Assembly: GCF_018977255.1 (NCBI RefSeq)
Contig: NW_024704743.1
Location: 65,412,001-65,476,000, forward strand
From: Callorhinchus milii
Lineage: Eukaryota
DNA: 64,000 nt
Direction of reading: 5' to 3'
How positions within the stretch are numbered: the stretch's first letter is position 1; each line of letters starts with the position of its first letter. Below the pieces are notes generated by a model. It was not told where the DNA came from, did no database searches, and was given only the letters and a program-made list of their open reading frames with translations. The translations under genes and the position numbers were made by a program. Positions 12,238 through 25,834 of this stretch are shown here, one piece after another.

Positions 12238-12855
12238 AATAATAATAATAATTATAATAATAATTCTTGCATTTGAAATGGTGTCTTTCATATCAAGAGG
12301 ATGTTTCAAAGCACTTCACAGGATTTACTGTGAAGTGTAATGACTGTATTTTGTAGGTAAATACGACTGCTAATTTGCATGCAGCAATGTCCCGCAAACA
12401 GCCATGAAGTAAATCACCAATTATATCTGGAGGATTTTGTGCAGCACAAAAACAGGCCATTCGGCCCAACCAGTCTGCGGGATTTTTTATAATTCACAAG
12501 GGTCTCCTCCTTCCTCGTATGTATCTAGCTTTCATTTCATTCCCATTCATTTGGGTCTCATTCATTGACTCATTCACGTCCTCCCCACGTGAAAGGTGCT
12601 ATACAAATGTCATCTTGTTGTTGTTCAATCTGCTTTAACCAGCACTTTGGGCAATGCGTTCCACATTCACACGACCCTCTGCATGATGACATTTCTCAAC
12701 AATCTCCCTTCCCTTTTTCAATAGTGCCATGGGATCGTTAATGTCCAACCTGAAGAGGCAGGATAGGACCTTAGTTTAATGTCTCATCCAAAGGGCATCA
12801 TCTCAAACATTGCAGCGCTCCCCAACCACCAAATTGGAGAGTCATTGTAGCCTAT
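12238..12855 (-). mobile_element. Deu-domain SINE with a nested CR1 fragment (~12430-12700) that itself carries an L2 tail (~12575-12625)
   Basis: (AAT)n tail at 12238, reversed Deu core at 12705-12830, CR1-type aggccattcggccc and ttccacattcacacgaccctctg in between. Confidence 0.7.
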
Positions 12856-13623
12856 GAACTGCCCTATGAGGGTAGTACATATATGTGGATGATCGGTGAG
12901 AATCGATCAAGCTTTGATGCCCACATGTTTGAAATTTCAGCAGAATTTGTAGCCTGAACTCACGCATGAAGAATGGTGACTTGGGCAAGATACTGGAGAA
13001 CCATTGCCCAAGTCACCATATTGGTTCCATGGAACTACTTGTGGCATTGTCTTCAGGAGAGGATGGAAGGAAATTAGAGAAGAAAAATATCTACTCTGAT
13101 GAATGTCACTTGTTTGAAAAATTTTTAAAGTGAGTTATTCTGGTGGTTGTACTCCATGCTCCAATATTTCCTCTGTTGTTGTCAAACAAGTTTTAGTTAT
13201 TTTTGTGGTGGAAGACAATCAAAATATTCGACCTTAGCTAAACTAAGAAATAGATATGGAAATGTATCCCTTTCTATTTACCTTTATTTATTGTAGACGT
13301 AATTGCTTTGTGCACTGAGCAAGAGAACTTTTCCTTTTTTTAGTGTTGTCAGACTGGGTGATTGATGCGAGCTTCACATACTTAGATCTTTCTGTCATAT
13401 CTATAGAATGTAATATACCTTGAACCTAGAAAAAAGTAGTTTTTTTTCTGCTGTACTTTACTCTTGTGTGGTGTTTAGAGCTTTATACATATGAACGATA
13501 TTGGCACTTTGTTTCATTTTGCTTTTCACATCATAAAAACTTGAAAAATAGTCCCTCTCTTTCATCCTGAAAAAATCAATTATCTTTCTTGCTCTCTCAC
13601 TTAACTTGCTCACATACGTATAA

Positions 13624-13711
13624 ACACACAGATACATACATACTTACACATACCTACATACAGATCTACGTGAATACACACACACATATATATATATATA
13701 TACATACACAC
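13624..13711. repeat. Compound (CA)/(TA)/(CATA) microsatellite
   Basis: Directly visible. Confidence 0.85.
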
Positions 13712-14692
13712 AGCATGAAGTGAGCTCTGAGTGATCTGACTGGCTTGTCAGTGAGTGTTTATTTCCTCAGCACTCTACATTTGAATAGAGTCCATGCTTT
13801 GTGTTGAATGGAAGTTTGTGGAATTGCCTCCGCTCTCGTGTTCCTGCCCAGGCACTTGGAGAAGCTTTTAATCCTCTTTAGTTTTTAGCTCAGATACAAC
13901 AAAATGTCTGGGTCTGTTTTCAAATACTTCTGGGGAGGGGAAACGTTAAGACAGCAGTGAAGGGCAAAAAAAGGTTTCAAGAGCAAGTGAATGAGGTAGT
14001 GATCTGTAGAGCCCCTGGCAAATTCAACTAATGAGAAACACAGCAAGGAAGATGGAATCATGTTCTTTAGTCCTTGGCTCTTCCTCTATGATCTAAGGCT
14101 TGCACTGCAAGAGGATTGGAAAGAGAAGAAAATTTATTGTAGCCATAATTGATACGTGGACTGGACAGGGGAACTTTTCCCTTTTCTAGTGTGGCCAGAC
14201 CGAGGATTGATTTTGATTAATTTTGGTAAGTGTTTTTTTAATTCCTTAACTTTCATAGAGCGGAATCGGAAAACAAATGGCTATTCACATCTGAAAATGT
14301 CTCTCCTAGAATATTTTGTTACATCAACATTGTGAGGATACTCTTTCCCCAGTTGCATGTTAGGATTTTTTGTGCTCTTGAAGCCGAGGGATGTCAGTCC
14401 TGCGCAAGGGAAACACTTTACCATTAAGTACTTAGGATACAGCATGGACTAGATCAGCATTTCTCAAAACTACCCTCAGGATGGCAACTAACAAAGCCAG
14501 GATCTCAAAATACGCAGTATGGTAAACCTCACATAAGTCGTATCAGTTGAGACTATACATTTAATATAACTTAGCCAAAGTATGAGTTATTTCAAACTTG
14601 AATAGAATAAAATCTCTTGAACAGGACTTAAGACAAATGTATGACTTACGCGATTATATGGTTTGTACAGATCAGACGTATCAGAGCTTGTT

Positions 14693-14836
14693 GCGAAAGG
14701 GTTTAAGGGATATGGGGATAAGGCAGGGTCAGGTTATTAGCTGGAGTTAGATTAGAAGATCAGCCATGATTGAATGGCGGGGCAGGCTCGAAGGGCCGAA
14801 TGGCCTACTCCTGCTCCTACTTGTTATGCTATGTTA
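14693..14836 (+). mobile_element. CR1-type LINE 3' end
   Basis: gatcagccatgattgaatggcggggcaggctcgaagggccgaatggcctactcctgctcct...ttatgctatgtt. Confidence 0.8.
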
Positions 14837-14929
14837 CTGTATATTGGTGGATAAGGTAAACATTGGGTTGGAAAAAACATAGAGGCAAAGGTAAAACATA
14901 TGAACTATATGATGTATGTTTTTTTTAAA

Positions 14930-15450
14930 GAAAATGCATTTGATCTTGCTCTGGTAGTATCAAAATTTCTCAAAACAATTCACAGTCACTGTCCAGTGAA
15001 ATAACTGTGTAATTGTAGGCAAGTGTATCAGTGAATTTGTGCAAAGAAGTGTCCCGCAGATGGCCATGAAATAGATGCTCAATTTATCCAGAAAATTGTT
15101 GACCAGGACACTGGGAGAAACTCCTTTCTCTTTTTGAATTTAACATCCAATTGAACTAGAAACTGGGACCTCTGTTTAATATCTCTCAAATAAAGACTTT
15201 GCAGTGAAAGGCAAAACAAGATTTCAACAACAATTGCATTTCTGTAGCGCCTTTTGTGTCGGGGTGACGTACCAAGGCACTGGGACGTTTGCACCTGAGC
15301 TGGGAGTTGGATTCAAGAGGGGTGAAGGGCAAAGGGGGTGGGAGTGGAAGGTTGACTGAAGGCACGATCAAAGAGTCTTGAGACAGGAAAGTCTTGAAGG
15401 AGGCAAGGGAGGGGGCGAGGCGAATGGATTCCCGAATGGTGTTCCATTGA
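14930..15450 (-). mobile_element. Adjacent Deu-SINE fragment (14930-15210) and L2 3' end (15226-15450)
   Basis: Similarity to other copies in the window. Confidence 0.7.
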
Positions 15451-17471
15451 ACGGGGTGTAAAGTACAGTTGAGAGTCGAACAAGACGCCAAAGTTCTGTA
15501 CTGACTCAGTGATGTGGAGAGTACATCCCTGAATAGTGATGCTATCAGCGCTTGAGGTGAAGGAGCACTGATTGGAAGCAGGAGAGGCTCAGTCTGGACG
15601 ACATTATACTTGACAACTACTTGAGTGAAAAAGAAAACTGCAATTTTACATTTACAAGTGTCTGTGAGAAAGAAGCACAGGCTTCCTGGACTCAATTGGA
15701 GAGCTTGATTTGAGGGTTGAGCTTGGCCCACAGAGCAAAACAAACATTAGAGTTTCTTTTTTTTGCTCTTCAGGAGCTTTCAAAGCAAGTGGATTCTTTC
15801 CTCCCCTTTCTTGGTTCGGGGACTCATTTGGCTTGCCCATTTCTGCATGTGTAGGGGCCAACCTGCTGTGCCCATGGATTACTCAGAGAGATGCAGAAGA
15901 ACATTTAGAAATGTGAGTGACCACATTGATGTACGTCTTGTTGCACATTACCCCATTATCAATACCCATTTCTCCCTGCGTGTCCCTGGGAGCTACAGGG
16001 GCCACATTAGAGAAATGCTGATCTAGTCCATGCTGTAACCTCAGTGCTTGATGGTGAAGTGTTTCCCTTTTGCAGGACTGACATCCCTTGGGTTCGGGAG
16101 CACAAAAAATGTCAACGTGCAATTGGGAAACAAATGTTGATGTAACAAAATATTCCAGGGGAAACTAAGCCTAAACCCAGCACGACACCACTATGTGACG
16201 TCATGTCTGCGAGAGGTTAATAACATAATTATGCAGGCAAAATCTAATTTAAGGAAACATCATTTGATAGCTTTGTTTTAGAAAACATATCATTTAGCTA
16301 TTCTCTTGTAGTTAAAAAGAAATCTAACAATCGACTAATGACACACGTTGGAGTCTAAAATATGAGGTATGCAAACTGGGTTTGTGAGGTTGGAAATCTG
16401 GTTTATAAGAAGTGCCAGCATGGTATTCAGCCCCACAGGACCCATGCTCCAACCCGAGATCCCCTTAGAGCTGAGGTCTCTTGTGTCACAGTAATATACA
16501 GCCGTTTTCCTTCAGAAAATACAGTTTACATCTCTGGCGGCTATGCCAATTCAAGCCCTTTTTTCAACCTTATTATGTCAAAGATCTACACTGTAGGTTA
16601 CAGATTTGTGTGATTTGTTGGCTTACGGTATCAAACAAATGCTGTGCGCAATTGGCTGCTGCGTTTCACCCACAAAATATACAATCGATTCACTTTACAA
16701 TATATTCTGTGAAGCACTTTGAGTCATCTTGAAGACGTGATAAAGTGCTATATGAAATGCAAGGATTATTATATTATTATAAATCCATTCGTGAAAACCA
16801 CTCTGTTTTTAACAAGATGGTAGAGTACAGTCAGTGGAAATTGTGCCTTAGCTGCCTGTGATCCATTTCTAATTTTGATCCATTCCGTGAAGAACGAGGG
16901 ATGAGAAAGTGAATTCCTGGGAACTTCAGTTGCCTGGAGGCATTGCTGTAGATTTGGTTTGGTCTGTCAGCAGCTCTGAAAGTATTACCATTCCTGGAGT
17001 GGGCAAGTTAGATGTATTTGCTAAAGAATCCTTTTGTGTCTTGTCTGAATATAACAGCACGTGATTATCTATTATCTTGCTGATTTAATTGAATTATTCT
17101 GGAAGTTTTGTGCAACTAATTAGGTGCCAAATCTTTAGGAAATCCTGGATCCTTGACACTTCATTCTCTGAGGCAAAGTAGGAGAACTTGTGGCACAATA
17201 GAACCCCTTCTGACCTTTTTACTTTAATCACAGTTGGAAGGTCAAAATATTGTAGCTGTCATTTTAACTGTGAGGTGGGTTGAAGGAGATGCTTTGCAAA
17301 GACATGCCAATGTCTTTGAAATGCCTTAATTATCAGCTTTTTGTTTGATCAATTGAATTCAGTGTATAGTTATAGTAACAGCAATAAAAGAAACGTATAA
17401 AATGAAACGCATCCAGAAAATTGAGTCTTCCTGTCAATCTATAGTGAAATCTGTGCTGAAAACAAATGGGA

Positions 17472-17826
17472 TATAATAATAATAATGCTTGCATTTGATA
17501 TAGTGCATGATCACATCAATGAGACTTCTCTAAATTCTTCACAGAATATGCTGTAAAGTGAATTGACTGTAAGAGAAGCGCGGCAGCCAATTGTGCACAG
17601 CAATGTCCCAAACAGTTGTGGATTAAGTGACCAATTTTTTTTAGGGGATTATTACCCCGGAAAGTGATCTGCCAATCGACTAACAATCGGTTCCTACTTA
17701 CTGCTGGCTAAACAGAGGTGTGTGAAGTAAGGAAACTGGCCTAAGGTTTCGCCCTGCTCGGGAATTGAACCTGGGTCCTCTTGCTTGTGAGGCAAGTGTT
17801 CTAACTAATACTCTACAGGACTCCAT
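17472..17826 (-). mobile_element. tRNA-derived SINE (SINE2-1_CM-like), long variant
   Basis: Full reverse-complement copy. Confidence 0.9.
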
Positions 17827-18371
17827 AGATTATATTAATCTGAAATGTGAGAAATCTGTTTTTTCCTGATCAAGTCCTACTACATTGCGCTGTATGATGC
17901 AGATTGAATTTATAGAATTTTAATTTCTCTCTAAATCAACAACATCATGCTTTTATACATCACCTTTCACGTAATCAATACAATACAAATTTATATTTAT
18001 TTAGCACCTTTCACATTGGATGGCGCTGTACAGTACAGGGTATGCACTTGAGCTGGGGATGGGGGGGGGGGGGGGGTGAGGAGGATGGAGAAATGGCCAA
18101 AGGCATGGTCGAAGAGGAAGGGTCTTGGGGAGGACCTTGAGGGAGGCAATGGAAGGGGGTGAGTGGAAGGGATTCCAGGATGGAGTTTCAGAGAGAGTGA
18201 ACTATAGGCTGAAAGCCTGAATCATTTTGGATAAGCAGTTGTTTTGTAAGAATCAGCATTAATCTTAGTAACAGTCTTTCAAAGAGCAATTTTGCACAAA
18301 ATTACAATTTGAGGTGGATGTTATGTCACTGTTTTGACAAAGACAAAGGAGTTCTCCCAATTTTTTTTACA

Positions 18372-19135
18372 TGGACAAGACAGAAGCCATCCTCCTTGAC
18401 TCCCACCAACACCTCGTCATTTCCCGCTCTGCCCTCCTAATACTCCCTGGTCTCCCTTTCTCAAACTCGCCAAACCAGTGTCCAACCTCAGTGTTTGGTT
18501 TGATGTTCAAATCTCCTTCCTTACTCTGACCAAGGCCACTTTTCTTTACCCTTATTCTATTGCCCGCTTCTGCCCCTATCTCACATCAAATGCTGCCAAT
18601 ACCTTCATTCTCATACTTGTTACCTCTTGATTTGACTTCTCTAAGACACTTCTTGCCAATCTCTAGAGTTTCACCATCCAGAAGCTCACTGATACAAAAC
18701 ACTTCTGCATGTACTTTCCCCACTCCAAACTCTGCATGCCCAGTCTTCTCCAGGCTCCACTCACTCCATAGCTACTAACATTTTGACTTCAAGGTCCTCA
18801 TCTTCATCTACGAAACCTTGCATACTGTTGCACTTCCCTAGTCTTGTGATCTTCTGCTTGTTGCCTCTGCTTGGCCAACTTGGGCCTGCTGCACATCCTG
18901 GTGGCTGAGCCTTCTGAAACTATGTCCCAGACTCTGGACCTCCCTCTCTCTACCCCTCCTTCTCAATCCCTCTGTCTGTCTTTAAATCCTATCTAAAAAC
19001 TACCTCTTTGACATCCCCTTCAGTCATCTCCCCTTTCCCCCTCCTATCTTGCTTTGCATTCGAACCCGACTTTCTGAAGTGCTTTGTGAGACATTATTCT
19101 ATGTGAAGAATGCTGGATGAATGAAAGTTGTTGTT
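18372..19135 (+). mobile_element. Old, decayed L2 LINE fragment (another L2 3' end lies on - at ~17980-18218)
   Basis: caagacagaagccatcctc (KTEAIL), ttgacttcaaggtcctcatcttcatctac (DFKVLIFIY) and a degenerate tail. Confidence 0.75.
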
Positions 19136-21277
19136 TTACGCTGTGTTCCTCAATCAAGCAAATGTCACTAAAACTGCACACTCATTCATTTTATTGCTAT
19201 TCGTGGGAAGTTGCTGGCATAGATTAGCTGCCAAAGTTGCCTACATAAGAGCTACTACACTTCAAAGCAACTCACTATGCTCCATTTTATTTGAACAAAA
19301 CGTTTTACTTTTTAAAAAAAAGTCCATTGCACTCTGTGCCCATGACCCAATTAGTGGTGCAGCTTGAATTGAATTTTCTGAATCCTGACCAGCAGCTGGC
19401 TGAATTCAGGTACATTATGTTCAGGACTATACATGCACATTTGAAGCAGATCTTGAAAACTACATCAAACATGCAATCTGCATCACATTAAATGTGATCT
19501 TCTTGCAGAACAAATTGCTGAGCATTGCACCAGCGATTTGGGGCTCTGGAAATGGTTAAAGGGGAAATTGGCCTGTGAAGCCTGGGTTGGCTGCAGTCTC
19601 TGAATCAAAGTTGGCTTATAGCCAGTGTCTTTCCTGTTTTTGTGTGGTGGTAGAATGAAAACCATAGGGCACTCTTAAAAGGTCAAGGCAGATCTCGCCA
19701 TGTGACAAAACCTTTAGAAACCCAATTCTTATCTCAGGTATCGGATGGTGCATTCGTATTTCACTAGAAGAATAAAACGAGCAGGTGACAAAATTGCAGT
19801 TTTGCTTCTTATTTCTCCAATGAGACGTTTGCAATATTGAGACATTTTAATTAAACAGTAAACTATTCTGTTAGTTTGTTGATTCTCTTTCTCTTCCAAT
19901 TGACATTGGTAATCTGCAACCCTCACTTATGTTTTATCTTTTAACTATTACTGTATGTGCGTTCTTCCCATTTCTGAAACTTGTGATGTTAAGAAAACAG
20001 CTGTTATTCTTAGGTTGGGGTTGGCACTTTACTAGACTTACTACACTTTACTAGAAAACAACTGGTGTGATGTTCTCCATTTGATAGAAACTTTCTCACT
20101 TTCAGTCTCGTGATAGAAATTCATACACCTACTAAATTCAAAACAGCAGTTATTTTTCTCCCTCTCTCTGTTCCCCTCTCTCCCCCCACTCTGTTCCTCT
20201 CCCCCACTCCCCCCCCCAACCCACACACACACATGCACACACACACCCTGACCAAATCACTTCAGCTCTTTTACACAGAGAATTTATCAAACTTTCGCTC
20301 CAAGTTTTCTCACCCGTCTCTGTCATGTCACCTCCATTTTGGGAACTGAATGGTGATGGTGAGCTGTTTGCATAACGTGCCTTCTCCTAAAGACAACACT
20401 CTGCTTTGTCACTTCCACATGACTCTGCATTTTGTAAAGCCGGTCTGGAGACACTGAACAAACTGAGTGGATTTGTTAGCAATCTGTGCCTGCACAACTG
20501 TGACCCAATTAATTGTTTTTCAGAAGTGCCTAATCTTGGCCCTTTCTCCAGACTAACATTAATATTCACACTTTGTGCTCTTTTGTCTGGTCCGTAATGT
20601 TTAGCATGTATGTGGGATTTTGTGTAGTGTAATTTTGAACAGAGATTTTCCCGTTACATTTTGAGATGCGATTTGAAGCTGTTGAATGGGGCTGAAGGGA
20701 GGAACGAAGATGGAGAGAGAGAAAAATAAGAAAATCCAATAGCTTCAAAAGCTTAAAATAGAAATATAGATAAATCCAAAACTGCGTTTGATAAATTGTC
20801 ACTAAATGTAATGGTAATTCTCACAATACAACTTCAATTTACAAATAAGTCGATTTCTTTTGTTGCCATCATAGATATGATTGTATTTGTTTAGACTAAT
20901 ACTTTATCTCTGTGAAGAATCTTATATAACACAGTGTGAACCAGTGTTATTTTCCTTTCAACTCATTAAGACACAAATTTTCTTATCTTATCAGTCATCA
21001 CTTTTGGTGACTTATCAGAGTCTTATGTTCTTGCCAGGGGAAAATTATGATGTCATGGTACATTTACTGAAAAAATTACTTGTCGATACATGAGCATTGC
21101 TGATCATATCATACCTCAAGATTTTTTATATAAGTTGTTAGCAGTCCGTTCTCTAAGCGGAATAGACTCATTTGTGGTGGCTGCACTGTGCTTCCCCGGT
21201 CATTTAACTCGCTGCTTGTCTCTGTGTAATGCAAAGCACGTTCTGCATTACTGTAAAATGTATTTTTTAGCAGCACT

Positions 21278-21610
21278 AATAATCCTTTTGGTTGATATTG
21301 TGCCTTATGATGTTGAAACACCTCAAAGCGCTTCACAAAGTTTCTGTAAACTGTAGCGACTGTATATTTATAGGCAAATGCAGCAGCCAATTTCAAAGCA
21401 ATGCTCACAAATGGCCAAGGAATGAATGACCAATTTTATCTGGGTAATATTGGCCAGGACATCCTTTTCTTTTCGAATACTACCATGGAACTTGAACATC
21501 TGTGTGAACAGACAGATTTCCAGACCATGGTTCATCTCATCCAACGGACTGCATCTCTGACAATGCACTGCTCCTCCAGCACTGTGCTGAAGTGTCAGTT
21601 CAGACTGTAC
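21278..21610 (-). mobile_element. Deu-domain SINE
   Basis: Reversed Deu core and tail. Further fragments at ~2680-2830 -, 28200-28448 +, 32525-32745 +, 42072-42220 -, 42735-43045 +, 47292-47402 -. Confidence 0.75.
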
Positions 21611-22606
21611 CTCACCTGATTCCAGATTGACCATTGGTATGGTGAAACCACCTTGAGGAGGTTATCAAAACATGGATTCAGCTTCAATTCTGGCTGTAGT
21701 TCAACCACAAATGGTGTGATGCTAACAATCAAATTGAATTTGAGAAATGCAGTGGATTGCTTACTTCTAATGTTAGAAAAGAGTCGACCATCTTGGAAGC
21801 TGTTTTCTACCATAATAAATTGGAATTTTGTTTCCTGTGAGCAAGAGACTGGTTTCGCTTTCCATTAGAGTACAGGATGAATGAGGTAATATCACTCTCA
21901 CTGTCCCTTTGCACTGCTTTTAAATCAGCTACTGACAAATGCTGATTTATTTGCAGCATTAAAATACTAATGTTCTCAACAGACACTCTTGCATGTTCTT
22001 TAGTTGCCTCTAGAACCACTGATCGCATGTAATGGTGAGTCTCTAGTTGCAGGCTCTCTAGCATTTAACTGATGGTGGAGTTGTTGAGTTTGTGTGAGGA
22101 CTACTCTGTATGACTAAGTTGAAAAGAGGTTTTAGAGAGCACCTTATAGACACGTACCTGGTGGTGAATGGGATACAGAAGGTATATCCAGAACGGTGCT
22201 TTTGTTCAAGAGAGCAGGACAAAAGGGCACAGGCATTATTTGTGCTCCTGATGAGATGACTGAGGGTTAAACTAGCTTCTGATGTGTGCTCTGCCATTAC
22301 TCACTTGGTATTCCTGGCACAGTTGTTTGTTTACTGTGACCTTCAAGTTTCCTAATCAATGTGCCCATCCCGATGCTGGATTTGGATGCTATGTTGCTGT
22401 GGTGCATTGATTTATTGAGATATTTATTCTACCCACAGGGAAAGCACTTTTCCACTTGAAAACCACCCTCTATTCTCTGTAAACTCAAGTATTGCAGTGA
22501 ATTTGAGTGCTTGCTATATTAAATTGTGACCTTATAACACATCATAGTATCCTGTGGAACAAAATAATTTGATTGATGAGTCTGCAGTTTGTATTCGCAG
22601 CCTTAC

Positions 22607-23003
22607 AATAATAATAATAATCCTTGCATTTGATATAGCCCCTTATCACGTCTTCGAGACATCTTAAGGTGCTTCACAGAATATGCTGCAAAGAGAATTG
22701 ACTGTATATTTTGTGGGTGAAACACAGCGGTCAATTACACACAGAACCAATTACACACAGCAGCGTCCCCCAAACAGCTGTGGATTGAGTGACCAAATGA
22801 TTTTTATTTTTATTTTTGAAGCGATTGTTACCCCTGGAAAAGCAATCCGCCAATCAACTAACAACCAAATTCCTACTTATTGCTAGGTAAACAGAGGCGT
22901 GTGGAATAAGGAAACTTGCCTAATGTTTTGCCCAATCCGGGAATCAAACCCAGATCCTCTGCCTTGCGAGGCGAGTGCTCTAACTACTGAGCTACTTGAC
23001 TCT
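22607..23003 (-). mobile_element. tRNA-derived SINE (SINE2-1_CM-like), long variant
   Basis: Full reverse-complement copy with (AAT)n. Confidence 0.9.
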
Positions 23004-25834
23004 GCCTTGCCCTTAACTGTAAAAAAAACAACTTGGAATTATATACTGTCTTTCATATAAGATAATTTCTAAATTCACTTTACAGAGTGGTTTGTAATAT
23101 AATGTGTGTGTGTGTTTTGGGAGGTGAGTGGGGGAGAGTTAGGAAGGAGATGGTTGAAAGATTGGTCAAAAAGTTAGTTTTTTTTAAGAAAAAGTTGTGA
23201 AACCAGAGAGGAAGGTTTCAGGACAGAATGATGCAAGTGCTCCAGTCTGTTTAATTGTGGTCATGTGATCTCCAGTTTGGTAACTGTCTGTCTTTGGGGT
23301 CTGTCGAAGGTAAAACATTACATCATTCCACTATTATCCATGTTGGTTGCCGACAGGCAGCTGAGCGTAGATTGATCTCCTGTTTTATTAACCAGGGATG
23401 TGTTTATACAGTGTTGACATAAGTATATTGTGTACCTTGTGGCAGTGGGGTGGTGAGCTTGTGTATTGGTATGGCACCATTCTGACATACCATCCCATAA
23501 CTACTCGCCCCAGGTCTCTCCAGTTTTATGCGACTGTTATTGTTATCAAATGGACATTAGATTAATTTAGCAGCACAGAGAGACAAGCGTCTGTAATGTA
23601 ACAATCCACTGAGTTATTTTAATCATTCACGGCATGGTTGTTTGAAGTGCGTCATTAGTGCTAGGCGAAGGGCGACTGTGTTCGCCTACAAAAAAAATCC
23701 AATTTTGCTTGTGAGTTTTGTTTCAGAGATTTTTTTGAGTCACCATCAAGGTCCCTCCTATCGATGCCATCGTAACTGGACCACTAGGAAAATGGCAACA
23801 AATACACCTCTAAGGAAATGGGTTGTATTCCCTGACCCCCTGCTTGACTATTTTGGTATTTGGACAATTCTTTTTGCTTTCTGCTTCAGATACAAGACAA
23901 GTTCAATATTTGTCTATATGGGCCTTCTCCCATCCATTCCCTTCTTTCTTCACCCAGGACTACTGGGGATATGAATTGGATAATAGTCCAATTCTGGGTG
24001 ACAGGAAATTAAATAAAATGTTTACAGTCATTCCCAGCTTCCTATAAATTGTATGACAGAGATGAACAGAAATGCTAACATACTTCAGTCCACAACTGTA
24101 TACTTCTAACTGGATACAATTTTTCTTTTGGTTTCCAAAATTCCGCTTTGGATTTAGGCTTCAATGATTTCTCTCCTCCATTGTAGATGAAACTGTAAAA
24201 CAGTCACCAATTCTCGAGTACGAACTTCAATTTAAAAAACATATAATTGGGAATTGGGCTTAACTTAATTAATCAGTTGTTTTTTAAATAATAGAAATTC
24301 TTCAGGTAGTTTTTTTTAAAAACATGAGCCAATTCCACATAACTTTATGGATTGTTTGTGAGACACTGCTGTGTACAATTAGCTGCTGCATTTTGCCCAC
24401 AAAATATACAATCAAGTCACTTTACAGTGTACTCTGAGAAGTGCTTTGAGGCGTCTCAAAGACATGATAAGGCGCTATATCAAATACAAGGGTTATTAAT
24501 ATTTAATAACTGATAACCCAAGGTTATCAGAAGTAAGGTATTGTTAAATGTAATTCGTAGTCTGTTGTGCTCATCCATGAATTTGTTTGACAAATGGCGG
24601 CTTGTGGCTGATTATTTTCACCTTGATTCTCATTTGTGGGTCTGGAGAATAGAGGAGAACGTGTTCTCAATTGTTATCAAATAAGTTCACGATTGTTTAT
24701 TTTATCAATCTTTGCAGCGCTCCAAGACTCTAACCTGTGTAAAGGGAGCTTCATAAATGCAAGTTGTTGTTGTTTACTTTTTAAAGCATGTTAATGAGTT
24801 TTCCAGTGGTTAACTGACTGCATTAGTAATGTTTCCTGCTGCTTTAATGAGTCCCTGATCGCTTCGGATGCTTGTCAAGGTGTTTGTTATGCTGACCACT
24901 GATTTAGTGTTTGTTTGTCAGAGCATGGGCTAAACGTTGGTAGTGTGGCATTCCATTCCAACACCTCGACATATGCCACAAATGCCTGTCAAAACACTAT
25001 TTATTTTTGGAGCTATTTTATGGGATTATCTTTAGAATGAATCATTAGAAAAAAAACATTTAGATAGAAGTTGCATGATATACTGGATTATTGTGAGATG
25101 TTTGCCAATGTACATGGTGCACAACATAATAGGATTAGTTGGATGGTTGGGAAGCCAGGCCATACCCCCAATGAAGAATGACTTATCAGTGATGTCCTGC
25201 TGCATTGGAGTTCAACAATGTGTTGGAAACGAATGTTGACATGTGAATAACCCTGTGGAGTCTCTTGGATCAGAGAGCTAACCAATCCGCAGACAGACTG
25301 GATTAGGAGGGTGTAAATGGTGTTTTTACATCACTCTGTTGACCAGTGGAAGGTGAACCCACTACTGCACACACAGAATGATCCAAGCGGATAACAAGAA
25401 ATAGGCACTGATAGCTTGTGGTGCATGTGCTTCACAGCGTCATTCACAGACAAAATGCTGAGGGTTAGTTTTCACTGCTGCCTTAAGGATACGGAAAAGG
25501 AGCAACAGGAGTATTCTCTTCCTCTTTTACAGCATGGTTTTAAACAGGTAAAATCTTAAAACATGCCACACTGTATTTCACAATTTCTATTGTACTCACT
25601 GAGCTTTTGATAAGGGATGTTATCAAAGTTGTTGGAATGAATTTTTTTGATCAAAATTATGAGTGTGTTTGCTCTTCTCCGAGCATCCTTCAGTTTTCAC
25701 CTGAACTGAAAGCAATTTAAATGTGATGATAACAATAACCATAATAATCCTTGAGTTTGATATCATGCCCTATCACATAGTTGAAATGTCTCAATGATTA
25801 CCAAGGATGTGAAAATGAATATATTTAATTATTT

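Larger units (their letters stand above)
14246..16220. mobile_element. Decayed non-autonomous TTAA-type DNA transposon (piggyBac/Kolobok-like) with long subterminal inverted repeats
   Basis: Inverted arms at 14305-14465 and 16010-16159; TTAA at 14246-14249 and 16217-16220, each about 60 bp outside its arm. Confidence 0.55.

Noticed and set aside
13904..13960. ATG segment loosely resembling the tensin-1 MTWICLSCMLW first exon
   Set aside because: It needs frameshifts, has no GT after the TGG codon, and reads to a stop after 18 codons.
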